From Candidatus Faecivivens stercorigallinarum (GTDB lineage: Bacteria; Bacillota; Clostridia; Oscillospirales; Ruminococcaceae): a stretch of DNA of 39,364 nucleotides. The position numbers and the translations under genes are program-made. The notes below the pieces were generated by a model. The model was given only the letters and a program-made list of their open reading frames with translations, searched no databases and was not told the origin of the DNA. The DNA is taken from positions 1 to 39,364 of the forward strand of contig DVLN01000134.1 of assembly GCA_018715465.1 (NCBI GenBank). The letters run 5' to 3'. Positions within the stretch are counted from its first letter, which is position 1. Each line of letters begins with the position of its first letter. Shown piece by piece: positions 7,570 to 17,217 of this stretch.

Positions 7570-9108
7570 TCAGATTTGCTGCGCTGGTTCCGATCTGCGC
7601 CGGAGGATCTTTTTCGGCGCGGTGATGCCGAGGGTGGCCAGGTAAACCGCCGCCAGCAGACTTATCCCCAGAATGCACTGCAAAGCGGGGGAAAACGTCC
7701 AGTTTGCAGACGCAAAAAAGGTGATGGTTCCTGCCACGCCTGCCGCTGTCAGCGGGCGCCCGATCCATTCCCACATTTTAAAGTGAATCCGGGTGACCGC
7801 CGTCAAACGGGAGATGGAGAGCGCGGCATTGACAAAGCTGGTGAAAAACAGGACGGTGATGTACCCTTTCAGCCCGAAGATGGGCAGCAATGTATACAGC
7901 AGGATGACACTCAGCGATGAGTCGATAATCGAATACCGCAGGACCGAAAGCTGCTGGTCCATCCCCTTGAGCAGTGCGTCTGCGACAATGTCCAGATAAA
8001 GGATGGGCGTCAGCGGTGCCATGACCCACAGCATCCGTCCGGCTTCCGCGCTTCCGTAAATCGAACTGCCCAGCTGTTCCCCCAGCAGGATGAATGTCAC
8101 AGCGACCGGCAGTGAAAATAAAAATGTGCCCCGAAGCGTCTGTTCAGTCAGCCGGTCAATCTCATTTTCCTTTCCGGTTGCCCGCCATTCGGCAACCTCC
8201 GGCACCAGCAGCGAGGAAAAAGAGGTGATCAGAGCCGCCGGGAAACTCAGCACCGGCATGACCATTGCCTCCATCATCCCATATTGGGCGAGGGCCTGTG
8301 CGGTATCGGCGCCATATTTGCGGAACCCGGCCGGAATCAGGATGTTTTCCAGCGTTACCAGAGCGGATTTGAGATAGCTTGAGAGTGCGACCGGAACTGC
8401 GATTGCCAGTACATCTCCTGCAACCTTTTCGCCCTTGCCTTTGCCGGCGTTTTTCATCCGTTTGCGCCGGTCCCGCAGGTAGAGGACAAAGGTGTACCAG
8501 AAGGTCAGCGCTTCGCCGCCGACCGACCCGAGCGCAATCCCGACACATGCCCACTCCAGCCCTTTCGGGAGCACAACCTGAAAAGCTGCCGCCACTACAG
8601 CAATCCGAATCAGCTGTTCAAGAATCTGGCTGGAATTGGTCTTCCAGACCTCCCGCGTCGCAAAAAAATACCCCCGCAGGCTGCATGAAAACGCCATAAA
8701 AGGGAGCGCTGCCGCCAATACTTTCATCGAGAGGATGGTTCGCGGGTCTCCGAGGATTTTTGTCCCGATCACCGGCGCGCCAAACCATAAAAGCCCCGAC
8801 GCCAGCGCCGATACCACTACGCCATAGATCATGCAGACCCGCATGGCACCCGCGGCGCGGTGTTCGTTGCCTTTGCCCAGCTCCTCTGCGACCAGACGGG
8901 TGACGGCAAGATAAATGCCCGACGTCGCGATGGTCGACGCGAGTGAATAGACCGAAAATACCAGCTGGAACAGCCCCATCCCTTCGGCGCCGATCTTGCG
9001 GGAGAGCCAGCCCGAAAAGCCGATCCCAATTAGCCGCAGGGCGATGGACCCCGCTGTCAGTATGCAGATGTTGCGAAAAAAGCGTTTTCTTTTCATATGG
9101 ACGGACAT
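7570..9108 (-). CDS. spoVB: stage V sporulation protein B-like MOP-superfamily flippase
   Basis: The N-terminus FFRNICILTAGSIALRLIGIGFSGWLSRKIGAEGMGLFQLVFSVYSLASTIATSGI is the SpoVB/MurJ-like signature, and the protein has about 14 hydrophobic spans. The start could instead be the ATG at 9096 (MKRKRFF). Confidence 0.8.
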   Translation of the reverse strand: MSVHMKRKRFFRNICILTAGSIALRLIGIGFSGWLSRKIGAEGMGLFQLVFSVYSLASTIATSGIYLAVTRLVAEELGKGNEHRAAGAMRVCMIYGVVVSALASGLLWFGAPVIGTKILGDPRTILSMKVLAAALPFMAFSCSLRGYFFATREVWKTNSSQILEQLIRIAVVAAAFQVVLPKGLEWACVGIALGSVGGEALTFWYTFVLYLRDRRKRMKNAGKGKGEKVAGDVLAIAVPVALSSYLKSALVTLENILIPAGFRKYGADTAQALAQYGMMEAMVMPVLSFPAALITSFSSLLVPEVAEWRATGKENEIDRLTEQTLRGTFLFSLPVAVTFILLGEQLGSSIYGSAEAGRMLWVMAPLTPILYLDIVADALLKGMDQQLSVLRYSIIDSSLSVILLYTLLPIFGLKGYITVLFFTSFVNAALSISRLTAVTRIHFKMWEWIGRPLTAAGVAGTITFFASANWTFSPALQCILGISLLAAVYLATLGITAPKKILRRRSEPAQQI

Positions 9109-9180
9109 TCCTTTCTGACGGGACTCTGCCTGGGTTCAGTATATGCCGGGGGCGCGGCGGATAGTCGTTTTTCGGCAATC

Positions 9181-9226
9181 AAAAACTGCCCCTGGCTGCG
9201 GGCACGGCCCGTCAGCACAGGGGCAG
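9181..9226 (-). terminator. orphan intrinsic terminator on the minus strand, upstream of the spoVB start
   Basis: CTGCCCCTG (9186-9194) pairs with CAGGGGCAG (9218-9226), with an inner GGGC-ACG-GCCC hairpin. The minus strand continues TTTTT. No minus-strand gene lies upstream of it. Confidence 0.55.
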
Positions 9227-9340
9227 GAAAGGAAAAAGGTTGACCGGATTGCAAATCCTGACTGACCCGGTATTACAGGTTTGTAAATGGTATATTTTTT
9301 TATGGTTAATCTGTTGCGTTTGTCGAGCAGTTGGAGCGCG

Positions 9341-9565
9341 GCCGACCAATGCGAATTAGTCCGTGGCGACACGCCACCCGGTGCGTTCGCTATGGCTGTT
9401 ACCATTGTAACCGAGGCGGTCGCAACGTCGCCGACCAATGCAAATTAGTTCGTGGCGACACGCCGCCCGGCGCGTTCGCTATGGCTGTTACCATTGTAAC
9501 CGAGGCGGTCGGAACGCCGCCGACCAACGCGAATTAGTCCGTGGCGACACGCCACCGCGCCGCTT
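9341..9565. repeat. 89-bp tandem repeat, about 2.5 copies
   Basis: Copies start at 9341, 9430 and 9519 (GCCGACCAAyGCrAATTAGTyCGTGGCGACACGCC...). Each contains the hairpins GTGGCG-ACA-CGCCAC and GGTCGG-AACGCCG-CCGACC. The unit is homologous to a module at 33065-33135 and 22998-23100. Confidence 0.9.
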
Positions 9566-9592
9566 GCAAAAAACGACATGGGGTGGTATAAT
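9564..9592 (+). promoter_or_regulatory. sigma-A promoter for recJ
   Basis: TTGCAA (9564-9569), a 17-nt spacer, then TGgTATAAT (extended -10, hexamer at 9587-9592). Confidence 0.6.
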
Positions 9593-9634
9593 GATTTTGT
9601 ATTTTTACCTGACAGCTGAAAGGAAGGAAATGTC

Positions 9635-11683
9635 ATGCCGTTTACCCAATGGATCTACCCCGCTCAGAGTGAAGAGCGGCTGCGCCAGAGCCGCCTTTTG
9701 CAGCGGGAACAGGGAATCCCTGCGCTGCTTGCGGATATTCTCGCGGCTCGCGGGTTTGGGGCGGATCATGTGGCTGCATTGCTGACAGATGACGGCAGCC
9801 TGGAAGACCCTTTTCTGCTGCCGGATATGCAGGTCGCTGTCGACCGGATCGAAAAGGCGATCGAATCGGGCGAAAAGATTGCTGTGTATGGTGACTATGA
9901 CTGCGACGGCGTGACTTCGACCGTTATCCTCTACAGCTATCTTCAGTCGATGGGCGCTGACGTCTGCTATTATATTCCTGACCGGCTGGACGAAGGGTTC
10001 GGCATGAATCGCGGTGCTGTCGACCATCTCCATGAGCAGGGAGTTACCCTGATTATTACCGTCGATAACGGTACGTCTGCACTGGATGAAGTCGCTTATG
10101 CCGGGAAACTGGGGATGGATGTCGTTGTCACCGACCACCATATCCCCGGACCGGAATTGCCAAAGGCGGTGGCTGTGGTCAATCCCCACCGGCCGGATTA
10201 TGTCGGATTTAACCAGCTGTGCGGTGCTGGGGTCGCGCTCAAACTAACCGCTGCGCTGGATGGCGGCAGCTATGAAATGGTGCTGGAGAGCTTCGCTCCT
10301 CTCGCCGCAATCGGTACCATCGGCGACGTCGTGCCGCTGGTCGGTGAAAACAGGACGCTGGTCAGACGGGGTATGCAGCTGATGCCGATGAGCGAAAGCG
10401 CCGGCCTTCAGGCACTGATCACCGCTGCCGGGCTGAATGGCGGCGAACTGACCGCCGGAAAGATTGCTTTTGGCCTTTGCCCCCGCATCAATGCCGCTGG
10501 TAGGATGGGGGACGCCAGACTTGCGGCAAAACTGCTGCTGTCGGAAGAGGAGGATGAGGCCGCGGAAATGGCTGAACAGCTCTGCCTGCTCAACCAGAAC
10601 CGCCGCGATCAGGAAGAAGAAATCCTTCGGGCGGTTGAACAGCAGATTGAACAAAACCCTGAACTGCTGCTTGATCGGGTGCTGGTACTGTCTGCGCCGG
10701 GGCTCAATCACGGGGTCGTCGGGATTGTCGCTTCACGGGTGCTGACCCTGTACGGAAAACCCTGCTTTATCCTGTCGGAAGAAGGGGAGCTGGCGGTTGG
10801 TTCGGGCAGAAGCATCGGGAATTTCGGACTGTTTGACGCAGTCTATGCCTGTCGTCAACTGCTGGAACGGTACGGCGGACACAAGCTCGCCGCCGGGCTG
10901 ACCCTCAAAACAGAAAATATCCCTGCTTTCCGAGAGGCCATCAACCGTTATGCAGCGGCTGAATTTGACCGGATGCCGGTCGTCCAGACGGTGATCGACC
11001 GGAGACTGCGGGCGGCGGATATCGAGCTTTCTTCGGTCGAGCTGCTGGAATGTCTCGAACCGTTTGGAGAGGGAAATCCCCAGCCGGTTTTTCTGATGCG
11101 GGACTGCATGGTCGAAGGGGTGACGCCGCTGTCGGGCGGCAAACATATCAAACTCCGGGTCGCGTTTGAGGGGAGAAGTGTGTTTGTCCTCTGTTTTCGG
11201 ATGACGCCCGAACAGTTTATCTACCCCAAGGGGAGCATGATCGACCTGCTGGTCTGTCTGGAGGTCAATTCCTTCCGGGACACAAAGAGCATCTCTATTC
11301 GGATGCGGGATATCCGTCCGTCAGGGTTCGAGGAAAAGAAAAACCTCAATGCCGCTTATTATTATGAAAAATTGAGAAGGGGCGAACCGGTTGGGAGTAA
11401 AATCCTGTCCGTCGCGGTACCGGCTATTGCCGAGCTGCGCAGTCTCTACCGGCTGCTGATGGGCGCCGGGAAAGAGTGCAGCCCCGACCTTTTATATCTC
11501 CAGTCGGTGGACGGCAGGCTCAATTACTGCAAATACCGGCTGTCACTGGATATCTTCCGGGAGATGGGACTGGTGGAAATCTCCCCTGACTTTTCGGTCA
11601 TGCGGCTGCTGCCGGTCGCCGGGAAGGTCAGGATGGAGGAGTCTTCCATCCTCCGGCAGCTGACCGGTGGGAGATCGTCCTGA
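9635..11683 (+). CDS. recJ: single-stranded-DNA-specific exonuclease RecJ
   Basis: DHH motifs VYGDYDCDGVTS, DRLDEGFGMN, ITVDNGTSA and VVTDHH, plus DHHA1 GGHKLAAG. RBS AAGGAAGGA. Confidence 0.95.
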   Translation: MPFTQWIYPAQSEERLRQSRLLQREQGIPALLADILAARGFGADHVAALLTDDGSLEDPFLLPDMQVAVDRIEKAIESGEKIAVYGDYDCDGVTSTVILYSYLQSMGADVCYYIPDRLDEGFGMNRGAVDHLHEQGVTLIITVDNGTSALDEVAYAGKLGMDVVVTDHHIPGPELPKAVAVVNPHRPDYVGFNQLCGAGVALKLTAALDGGSYEMVLESFAPLAAIGTIGDVVPLVGENRTLVRRGMQLMPMSESAGLQALITAAGLNGGELTAGKIAFGLCPRINAAGRMGDARLAAKLLLSEEEDEAAEMAEQLCLLNQNRRDQEEEILRAVEQQIEQNPELLLDRVLVLSAPGLNHGVVGIVASRVLTLYGKPCFILSEEGELAVGSGRSIGNFGLFDAVYACRQLLERYGGHKLAAGLTLKTENIPAFREAINRYAAAEFDRMPVVQTVIDRRLRAADIELSSVELLECLEPFGEGNPQPVFLMRDCMVEGVTPLSGGKHIKLRVAFEGRSVFVLCFRMTPEQFIYPKGSMIDLLVCLEVNSFRDTKSISIRMRDIRPSGFEEKKNLNAAYYYEKLRRGEPVGSKILSVAVPAIAELRSLYRLLMGAGKECSPDLLYLQSVDGRLNYCKYRLSLDIFREMGLVEISPDFSVMRLLPVAGKVRMEESSILRQLTGGRSS

Positions 11684-11714
11684 ATGCGTATATGCAAAGG
11701 AGAGGGGAAAGAAT

Positions 11715-13901
11715 ATGATTCAGACGAAAATCGAAACCTATGACGATTTGCTTGCTGCGCTTCGCGCCAGCGACAAGGTGTATGATCTTGATAAAATCGA
11801 GCGGGCTTATCAGGTCGCTGACAAGGCTCACGGCGGCCAGGTCCGCAAATCCGGCGATCCGTATATCTCTCATCCGCTTTCGGTCGCGATCATTCTGGTG
11901 GGAATGGGAATGGATACCGACTGTATCTGTGCAGCACTATTGCATGATGTGGTGGAGGATACCGCTGTTTCGCTGGACGATCTGCGCCGCAGTTTCGGGG
12001 AGGATGTCGCGATTATGGTCAGCGGCGTCACCAAGCTGACCAATATGCCCCTTTCAACCAAGGAAGAACAGCAGGCGGAAAATATCCGTAAAATGCTGCT
12101 GGCAATGAACGAGGATATCCGGGTTATTCTGATTAAGCTGGCTGACCGTCTGCACAATATGCGGACAATGCAGTATCAGAGCCCCGATAAACAGCGCAGC
12201 AAGTCTCATGAGACAATGGAAATCTATGCGCCGATTGCCCACCGGCTGGGTATCCGAAGCGTTAAAGATGAGCTGGAAGACCTGGCACTGCGTTACCTCG
12301 ACCCGGTTGCATATAAGGAAATCGAGGACCAGCTGGATATGACCAAGGGACAGCGGGAACAGTTTATCCGGGATGTACAGGCTCGTATCCTTGAGAGGTT
12401 TGACGAATTCGGGCTGCATCCTCATATCGAGGGACGGGTCAAGTCAATCTACGGCATCTACCGAAAAATTTACGTCAAGGGCAAGTCGTTTGAGGAAATC
12501 TATGATATCTATGCAGTCCGGCTGATCGTCGATACTACAACCGAATGCTATAACGCGCTGGGGCTGATACACGACATGTTCACCCCCATCCCCAACCGAT
12601 TTAAGGACTATATTTCGACCCCCAAGCCCAACCAGTACCAGTCGCTGCATACTTCAGTACTCGATCACGGCGTGCCGTTTGAGGTGCAGATCCGTACCTG
12701 GGATATGCACTATACCGCTGAATACGGTATCGCCGCCCATTGGAAATACAAGGCCGGCATCTCCAAAGGGGACGTCAAGAGCGATAAACAGCTGGAGTGG
12801 ATCCGTAAGATCATCGAGTCTCAGCAGGAGGCGGAAGGGGAAGACCTGATGCGGAATATCCGCACCGACCTTTCTTCCGATGACGTGTTTGTCTTCACCC
12901 CGAAGGGGGATGTCAAGACGCTGCCTGCCGGGTCGACAATTATTGACTTTGCCTATGCAATTCATACTGCGGTCGGCAACCGGATGACCGGCGCGAAGGT
13001 CGACGGGCGTATTGTCCCGCTGAGCTATGAGCTCAAGACTGGCGAGATCGTTGAGGTACTGACCGCTAAAAACGGAACCGGCCCCAAGCGCGGCTGGCTG
13101 GAAATCGCCAAAACCAGTGAAGCACGCAACAAAATTCGCGGCTGGTTTAAGCGGGAACGGCGGGATGAAAATATCGCTTCCGGCAAGGCAATTGTCGAAC
13201 AGGAATTCAAACGCAACCAGATTCGTTTTGATACCGATGAAGAATATCTGGCGTTTATGGATGAGCTGGTCAAACGTCAGCATAAGGAATCGCTGGATGA
13301 CTTTTATGCCGCAATCGGTTATGGTGGTCTGGTGCTGTCCCACCTGATGCCGCGTATTAAGGACGCTTACGCCAAACAGGCCAGCAATTTCGCCGAGCGG
13401 GAGCTGGAAAAGCTCAAAAAGGCACCGCTCATCACCAAAAATGGTGCGCCGGTCATCGTCGAAGGTATCGGCAACAACTGTCCGGTCAAGATGGCAAAAT
13501 GCTGCAACCCGCTGCCGGGGGACGATATCGTCGGGTTTATCACCCGCGGGTATGGTGTTTCGGTCCACAAGCGAGACTGCGCGAATGCGCAGGCGTCGCT
13601 GCGGGATGTCGCCCAGCGGGAACGCTGGATCAAGGTCAGATGGGCGCCCGAAGCGCAGGTCGATTTCCGGGCAAGCATCCAGATTATTGCAACCAACCGT
13701 GATGGGTTGGCGGCGGATGTTGCGCTTGCCATTGCGAACATGCGGGTGCCGCTGCATGAGATCAGCGCACGCGGCCTGAAAAACGGCAACGCGGAGGTAC
13801 TGCTGACCATCTCTACCCAGGGCAAGGAACACCTCGAAACGATCTGTCAGAAGCTCGGCAAGATTCACGGCGTTATCTCGGTCGAACGCACCGGACGCTA
13901 A
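11715..13901 (+). CDS. relA: bifunctional (p)ppGpp synthetase/hydrolase RelA/SpoT
   Basis: HD domain (HPLSVAIIL...LLHDVVEDT), synthetase motif (YRKIYVKGKSFEEIYDIYAVRLIV, HTSV), and TGS and ACT regions. The ATG at 11715 has RBS AAGGAGAGGGG; the track start at 11667 overlaps recJ. Confidence 0.95.
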   Translation: MIQTKIETYDDLLAALRASDKVYDLDKIERAYQVADKAHGGQVRKSGDPYISHPLSVAIILVGMGMDTDCICAALLHDVVEDTAVSLDDLRRSFGEDVAIMVSGVTKLTNMPLSTKEEQQAENIRKMLLAMNEDIRVILIKLADRLHNMRTMQYQSPDKQRSKSHETMEIYAPIAHRLGIRSVKDELEDLALRYLDPVAYKEIEDQLDMTKGQREQFIRDVQARILERFDEFGLHPHIEGRVKSIYGIYRKIYVKGKSFEEIYDIYAVRLIVDTTTECYNALGLIHDMFTPIPNRFKDYISTPKPNQYQSLHTSVLDHGVPFEVQIRTWDMHYTAEYGIAAHWKYKAGISKGDVKSDKQLEWIRKIIESQQEAEGEDLMRNIRTDLSSDDVFVFTPKGDVKTLPAGSTIIDFAYAIHTAVGNRMTGAKVDGRIVPLSYELKTGEIVEVLTAKNGTGPKRGWLEIAKTSEARNKIRGWFKRERRDENIASGKAIVEQEFKRNQIRFDTDEEYLAFMDELVKRQHKESLDDFYAAIGYGGLVLSHLMPRIKDAYAKQASNFAERELEKLKKAPLITKNGAPVIVEGIGNNCPVKMAKCCNPLPGDDIVGFITRGYGVSVHKRDCANAQASLRDVAQRERWIKVRWAPEAQVDFRASIQIIATNRDGLAADVALAIANMRVPLHEISARGLKNGNAEVLLTISTQGKEHLETICQKLGKIHGVISVERTGR

Positions 13902-14400
13902 GCGGGGCCCGGTGTCCGGGCGGACTTAATGCCAACGTTGTATCACGCTCTAAATGCTCAGCAAACGCACGTCGCTTCACCGCTCGGAACGATAGAAGTT
14001 GTACGCAATCTCTGCCCGGTGGTTTGACCGGCGCGCAGAGCGCCGGGGTTGGGTTACGCACAAACTGGCGTTGGTAATAATTCAAAAGTTTAGGTCAAGC
14101 CTTTTCAAAGGCTTGCAGGTCCAGGACGGAGTCCTGGTCGCCCGTCGCAACGGGCGAAATCCTTTCCCCAAAATAAGCTCAGCAAGGGGTAGCAAAATGC
14201 CCGCAGGCATTTTGTGTAGGGGACGCATAGCAAGGGCGTCCCCTATGGGAAAAGTCCGCTCGATGCGGGCTTTTTCCATAAACGAGCGAGCTTGTAACTT
14301 TCAATTTATGCTGTCAGTGGGACTACGTGGGCCGGCACGGCGCTGACGATTTTTCATCCGTTTTCCCCATAAACTGTCCGGTGGACAGTTTATGGCGGGT
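13902..14400 (-). repeat. mosaic multi-hairpin element, copy A (inverted relative to copies B and C)
   Basis: Chain of hairpins at 14097-14114, 14121-14137, 14138-14157, 14194-14213, 14217-14245, 14247-14277 and 14367-14395. Its reverse complement is collinear with 22633-22940 and 32679-33003. The segment 13921-14050 matches the two ends of copy C. Confidence 0.8.
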
Positions 14401-14539
14401 GGCGGGTCGCCATGGACGAATTCGCGATGGTTGGACAGGGCGGATTCAAAAGTAAAACTCCCTCCGTCACCGCCTGTACGGCTATACCCAAAAAATGCTC
14501 CATATCCATATCAATCCATTCAACAGGAGATAAAACAGT

Positions 14540-15013
14540 ATGAAACTGGTGATTCAGCGGGTTTCCCGCGCAAAAGTAACCTCCGGGCCGGAAACGCTCG
14601 GCGAAATTGGACAGGGCCTGATGATCCTCTGCGGCGTGATGGAAGGGGATACCGTCGAAGACGCCCACTGGCTGGCGGACAAGACCGTCAAGCTCCGTAT
14701 CTTTACCGACCCGGATGATAAACTCAACCTGTCGCTTGAGGATATCGGCGGTGGCGCACTGGTTGTCAGCAACTTTACCCTCGCAGGCTCCTGCCGCCGC
14801 GGCAATCGTCCATCCTTTATCCGCGCTGCCAAACATCCGGCCTCGGAAGATTTGTATGAAGAATATGTCCGCAGACTTCGGGAAAACGGTGTCCCGACTG
14901 CGACTGGACGCTTCGGCGCACCAATGGAAATCGACATGGCTGCTGATGGCCCGATCACCATTCTGATGGATTCGGAGGAACGCGGCCTGCCCAGACATAG
15001 CGCGGAAAACTGA
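14540..15013 (+). CDS. dtd: D-aminoacyl-tRNA deacylase
   Basis: MKLVIQRVSRAKV...GQGLMILCGV...LSLEDIGGGALVVSNFTL...GNRPSF is the full-length Dtd signature. RBS AGGAGA. Confidence 0.95.
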   Translation: MKLVIQRVSRAKVTSGPETLGEIGQGLMILCGVMEGDTVEDAHWLADKTVKLRIFTDPDDKLNLSLEDIGGGALVVSNFTLAGSCRRGNRPSFIRAAKHPASEDLYEEYVRRLRENGVPTATGRFGAPMEIDMAADGPITILMDSEERGLPRHSAEN

Positions 15014-15029
15014 GCGGAGGGAATATACC

Positions 15030-15623
15030 ATGAATGTTATCACAATACCGGTCGGTATGCTGGGGGCCAACTGCTACCTGCTCTGTTCGGATCAAAATAA
15101 CTGTGCGGTTATCGACCCAGGTGCTGAACCACAGCGGATTGCTGAAAAGATTGAGTCCGAAGGACTCACCCCGAAAATGATCCTGCTGACCCATGCCCAT
15201 TTTGACCATATCGGCGGCGTCAGCTGGCTGAAAGACCGGTACGGTGTCCCGGTCTGGCTGCATAAGGCTGACTGGGAGTTGGCGCTGGACCCGAATAAAA
15301 ACCTCTCTTCGATGCTGGGCAGCAGACAGTTTGTTTTGCAGCCCGACCGTGCACTCGTAGGCGGCGAACAAGTCCCATTGGATGAGCTGATGATCGGCGT
15401 CATCGAAACACCTGGTCATACTCCCGGCGGTGTCTCTCTGCTGGTGAATGGGACGCTCTTTTCAGGGGATACGCTGTTTGACGGCGGATACGGAAGGACC
15501 GACTTCTGGGGCGGCGACTGGAACGCGCTGGCTGCTTCTCTGAAAAAGCTGCTTGAGCTGCCCGGTGAATACCGGGTGCTGCCGGGGCATGGCGGTCAGA
15601 CAACCATCGCTGACCAGCGATAA
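15030..15623 (+). CDS. MBL-fold metallo-hydrolase (hydroxyacylglutathione hydrolase-like)
   Basis: LLTHAHFDHIGG, ETPGHTPG and LPGHG motifs. RBS GGAGGG. Confidence 0.9.
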   Translation: MNVITIPVGMLGANCYLLCSDQNNCAVIDPGAEPQRIAEKIESEGLTPKMILLTHAHFDHIGGVSWLKDRYGVPVWLHKADWELALDPNKNLSSMLGSRQFVLQPDRALVGGEQVPLDELMIGVIETPGHTPGGVSLLVNGTLFSGDTLFDGGYGRTDFWGGDWNALAASLKKLLELPGEYRVLPGHGGQTTIADQR

Positions 15624-15678
15624 CAGCATTTTGTCTTTATTTTTGATCTGCGGAAAGATGGAATGGAAAGGGAATTGC

Positions 15679-17217
15679 ATGACAGAGAGGAATCAGACTG
15701 CCCTTGTCTTTGAGGGCAATAGCTTTAAATACGAGATGGAAAATGTCACCAAACTCTTTTTCCCGCTCCGGCATTTCGCCTTTCGCTATGACGGCGTCTG
15801 CCCGGAAGAGAACTTCGTCTTCTTTTTGATGCGGGAACTAGGGGGCGGCAATGTCCGGCTGCTGGTGCAGATCTGCCTGCCGGCGGAAAAGGAGTCCGGC
15901 CCGATTGTCTGCCAGGAAGAAAGCGTCATGCCGGTCGGTCTGCCGGAAAATCAGTACGAGTCTGAGCTGGCACGGCTTTTGTACGCCCAGCTTTCCCAGC
16001 ATACCGGTATCCGCCCGGCGTGGGGGATTTTGACCGGCGTCCGTCCGGTCAAGCTGGTGCAGAAACGTCTCGCTGCCGGAATGGATGACGACCAGATTCG
16101 CCGGGAAATGACCGGGCAGGATCTGGTCAGCGAAGGGAAGATCGACCTTGCTCTGAAGATCGCCCATGTCCAGCATCAGATGCTCCAGGGCGGGACCAGC
16201 CGGGATTACAGCCTGTATCTGTCAATCCCTTACTGTCCCAGCCGGTGCAGCTATTGCAGCTTTGTGTCCCAGTCGATCAGCGGGAAAAAGGCACAGGAGC
16301 TGCTGCCGCGCTACCTGATGGCACTGATCAAGGAACTGCGTGTAACGGCCGAACTTGCACAAAAACACCAGCTCCGGCTGCGGAGTATCTACCTGGGCGG
16401 CGGTACCCCGACGGTGCTGTCGGCTTCCCAGCTGCGGCAGCTGACTGGTGCGGTGAAGGACTACTTCCTGCAAGAAAACAGTTCGCTGCCAATTGAGTAT
16501 ACCATCGAGGCCGGCCGTCCCGATACCATCACCCCTGATAAGCTGGAGGTCATCAAAGGCAGCGGTGCAACCCGTATCTCGATCAATCCGCAGACCTTCT
16601 CGGATGAGGTGCTCCGCCGGATTGGCAGGGCACATACTGCACAGGATGTCATTGACTGCTATCATCTCGCCCGGTCGATGGGATTTGACGATATCAACAT
16701 GGACCTGATCGCCGGTCTGCCGGGGGATGATTACGAAGGGTTCTGCCGGAGTTTGGAAACGGCAATTTCACTTCGACCCGAAAATATCACAGTCCATTCG
16801 CTGACGGTCAAGCGTTCGTCCGCACTCTATGCCGGGATTGAGGAGATGGAAGATTACCGGCCGGTCCAGAAGATGATGGACTATGCTTCCTCCCGGCTGA
16901 TGGAGGAAGGATATGACCCTTACTACCTCTACCGGCAGAAAAATACTGTCGGCAATCTGGAGAACGTCGGTTATGCGCTGCCCGGCCACTGGGGAGCGTA
17001 CAATATTTACATCATGGAGGAAATCCAGAACATCCTGGCTTGCGGTGGCGGGGCTGTCTCTAAGGTCGTAAAGCCGGGCGGACTGGAACGAATCTATAAT
17101 TTTAAATATCCGTATGAATATCTGGACCGGTTTTCGGATATTCTGGATAGGAAGCAGCAGCTTTCCGCGCTGCTTGCCGACGCGGGAAAGGAGTGGGAGA
17201 ATGGTATCGGATGTTAA
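15679..17217 (+). CDS. hemZ: HemZ-like oxygen-independent coproporphyrinogen-III-oxidase family radical SAM protein
   Basis: Radical SAM cluster motif YLSIPYCPSRCSYCSF, and GGGTP in IYLGGGTPTVL. The ~170-aa N-terminal extension is typical of HemZ. The ATG at 15679 is preceded by GGAAAGGGA; the track start at 15553 overlaps the previous gene. Confidence 0.8.
   Translation: MTERNQTALVFEGNSFKYEMENVTKLFFPLRHFAFRYDGVCPEENFVFFLMRELGGGNVRLLVQICLPAEKESGPIVCQEESVMPVGLPENQYESELARLLYAQLSQHTGIRPAWGILTGVRPVKLVQKRLAAGMDDDQIRREMTGQDLVSEGKIDLALKIAHVQHQMLQGGTSRDYSLYLSIPYCPSRCSYCSFVSQSISGKKAQELLPRYLMALIKELRVTAELAQKHQLRLRSIYLGGGTPTVLSASQLRQLTGAVKDYFLQENSSLPIEYTIEAGRPDTITPDKLEVIKGSGATRISINPQTFSDEVLRRIGRAHTAQDVIDCYHLARSMGFDDINMDLIAGLPGDDYEGFCRSLETAISLRPENITVHSLTVKRSSALYAGIEEMEDYRPVQKMMDYASSRLMEEGYDPYYLYRQKNTVGNLENVGYALPGHWGAYNIYIMEEIQNILACGGGAVSKVVKPGGLERIYNFKYPYEYLDRFSDILDRKQQLSALLADAGKEWENGIGC

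Noticed and set aside
9341-9565. Possible CRISPR array or other spaced-repeat locus.
   Set aside because: The repeats are directly abutting 89-bp units with no unique spacers, and there are no cas genes. It is a tandem repeat, not a CRISPR array.
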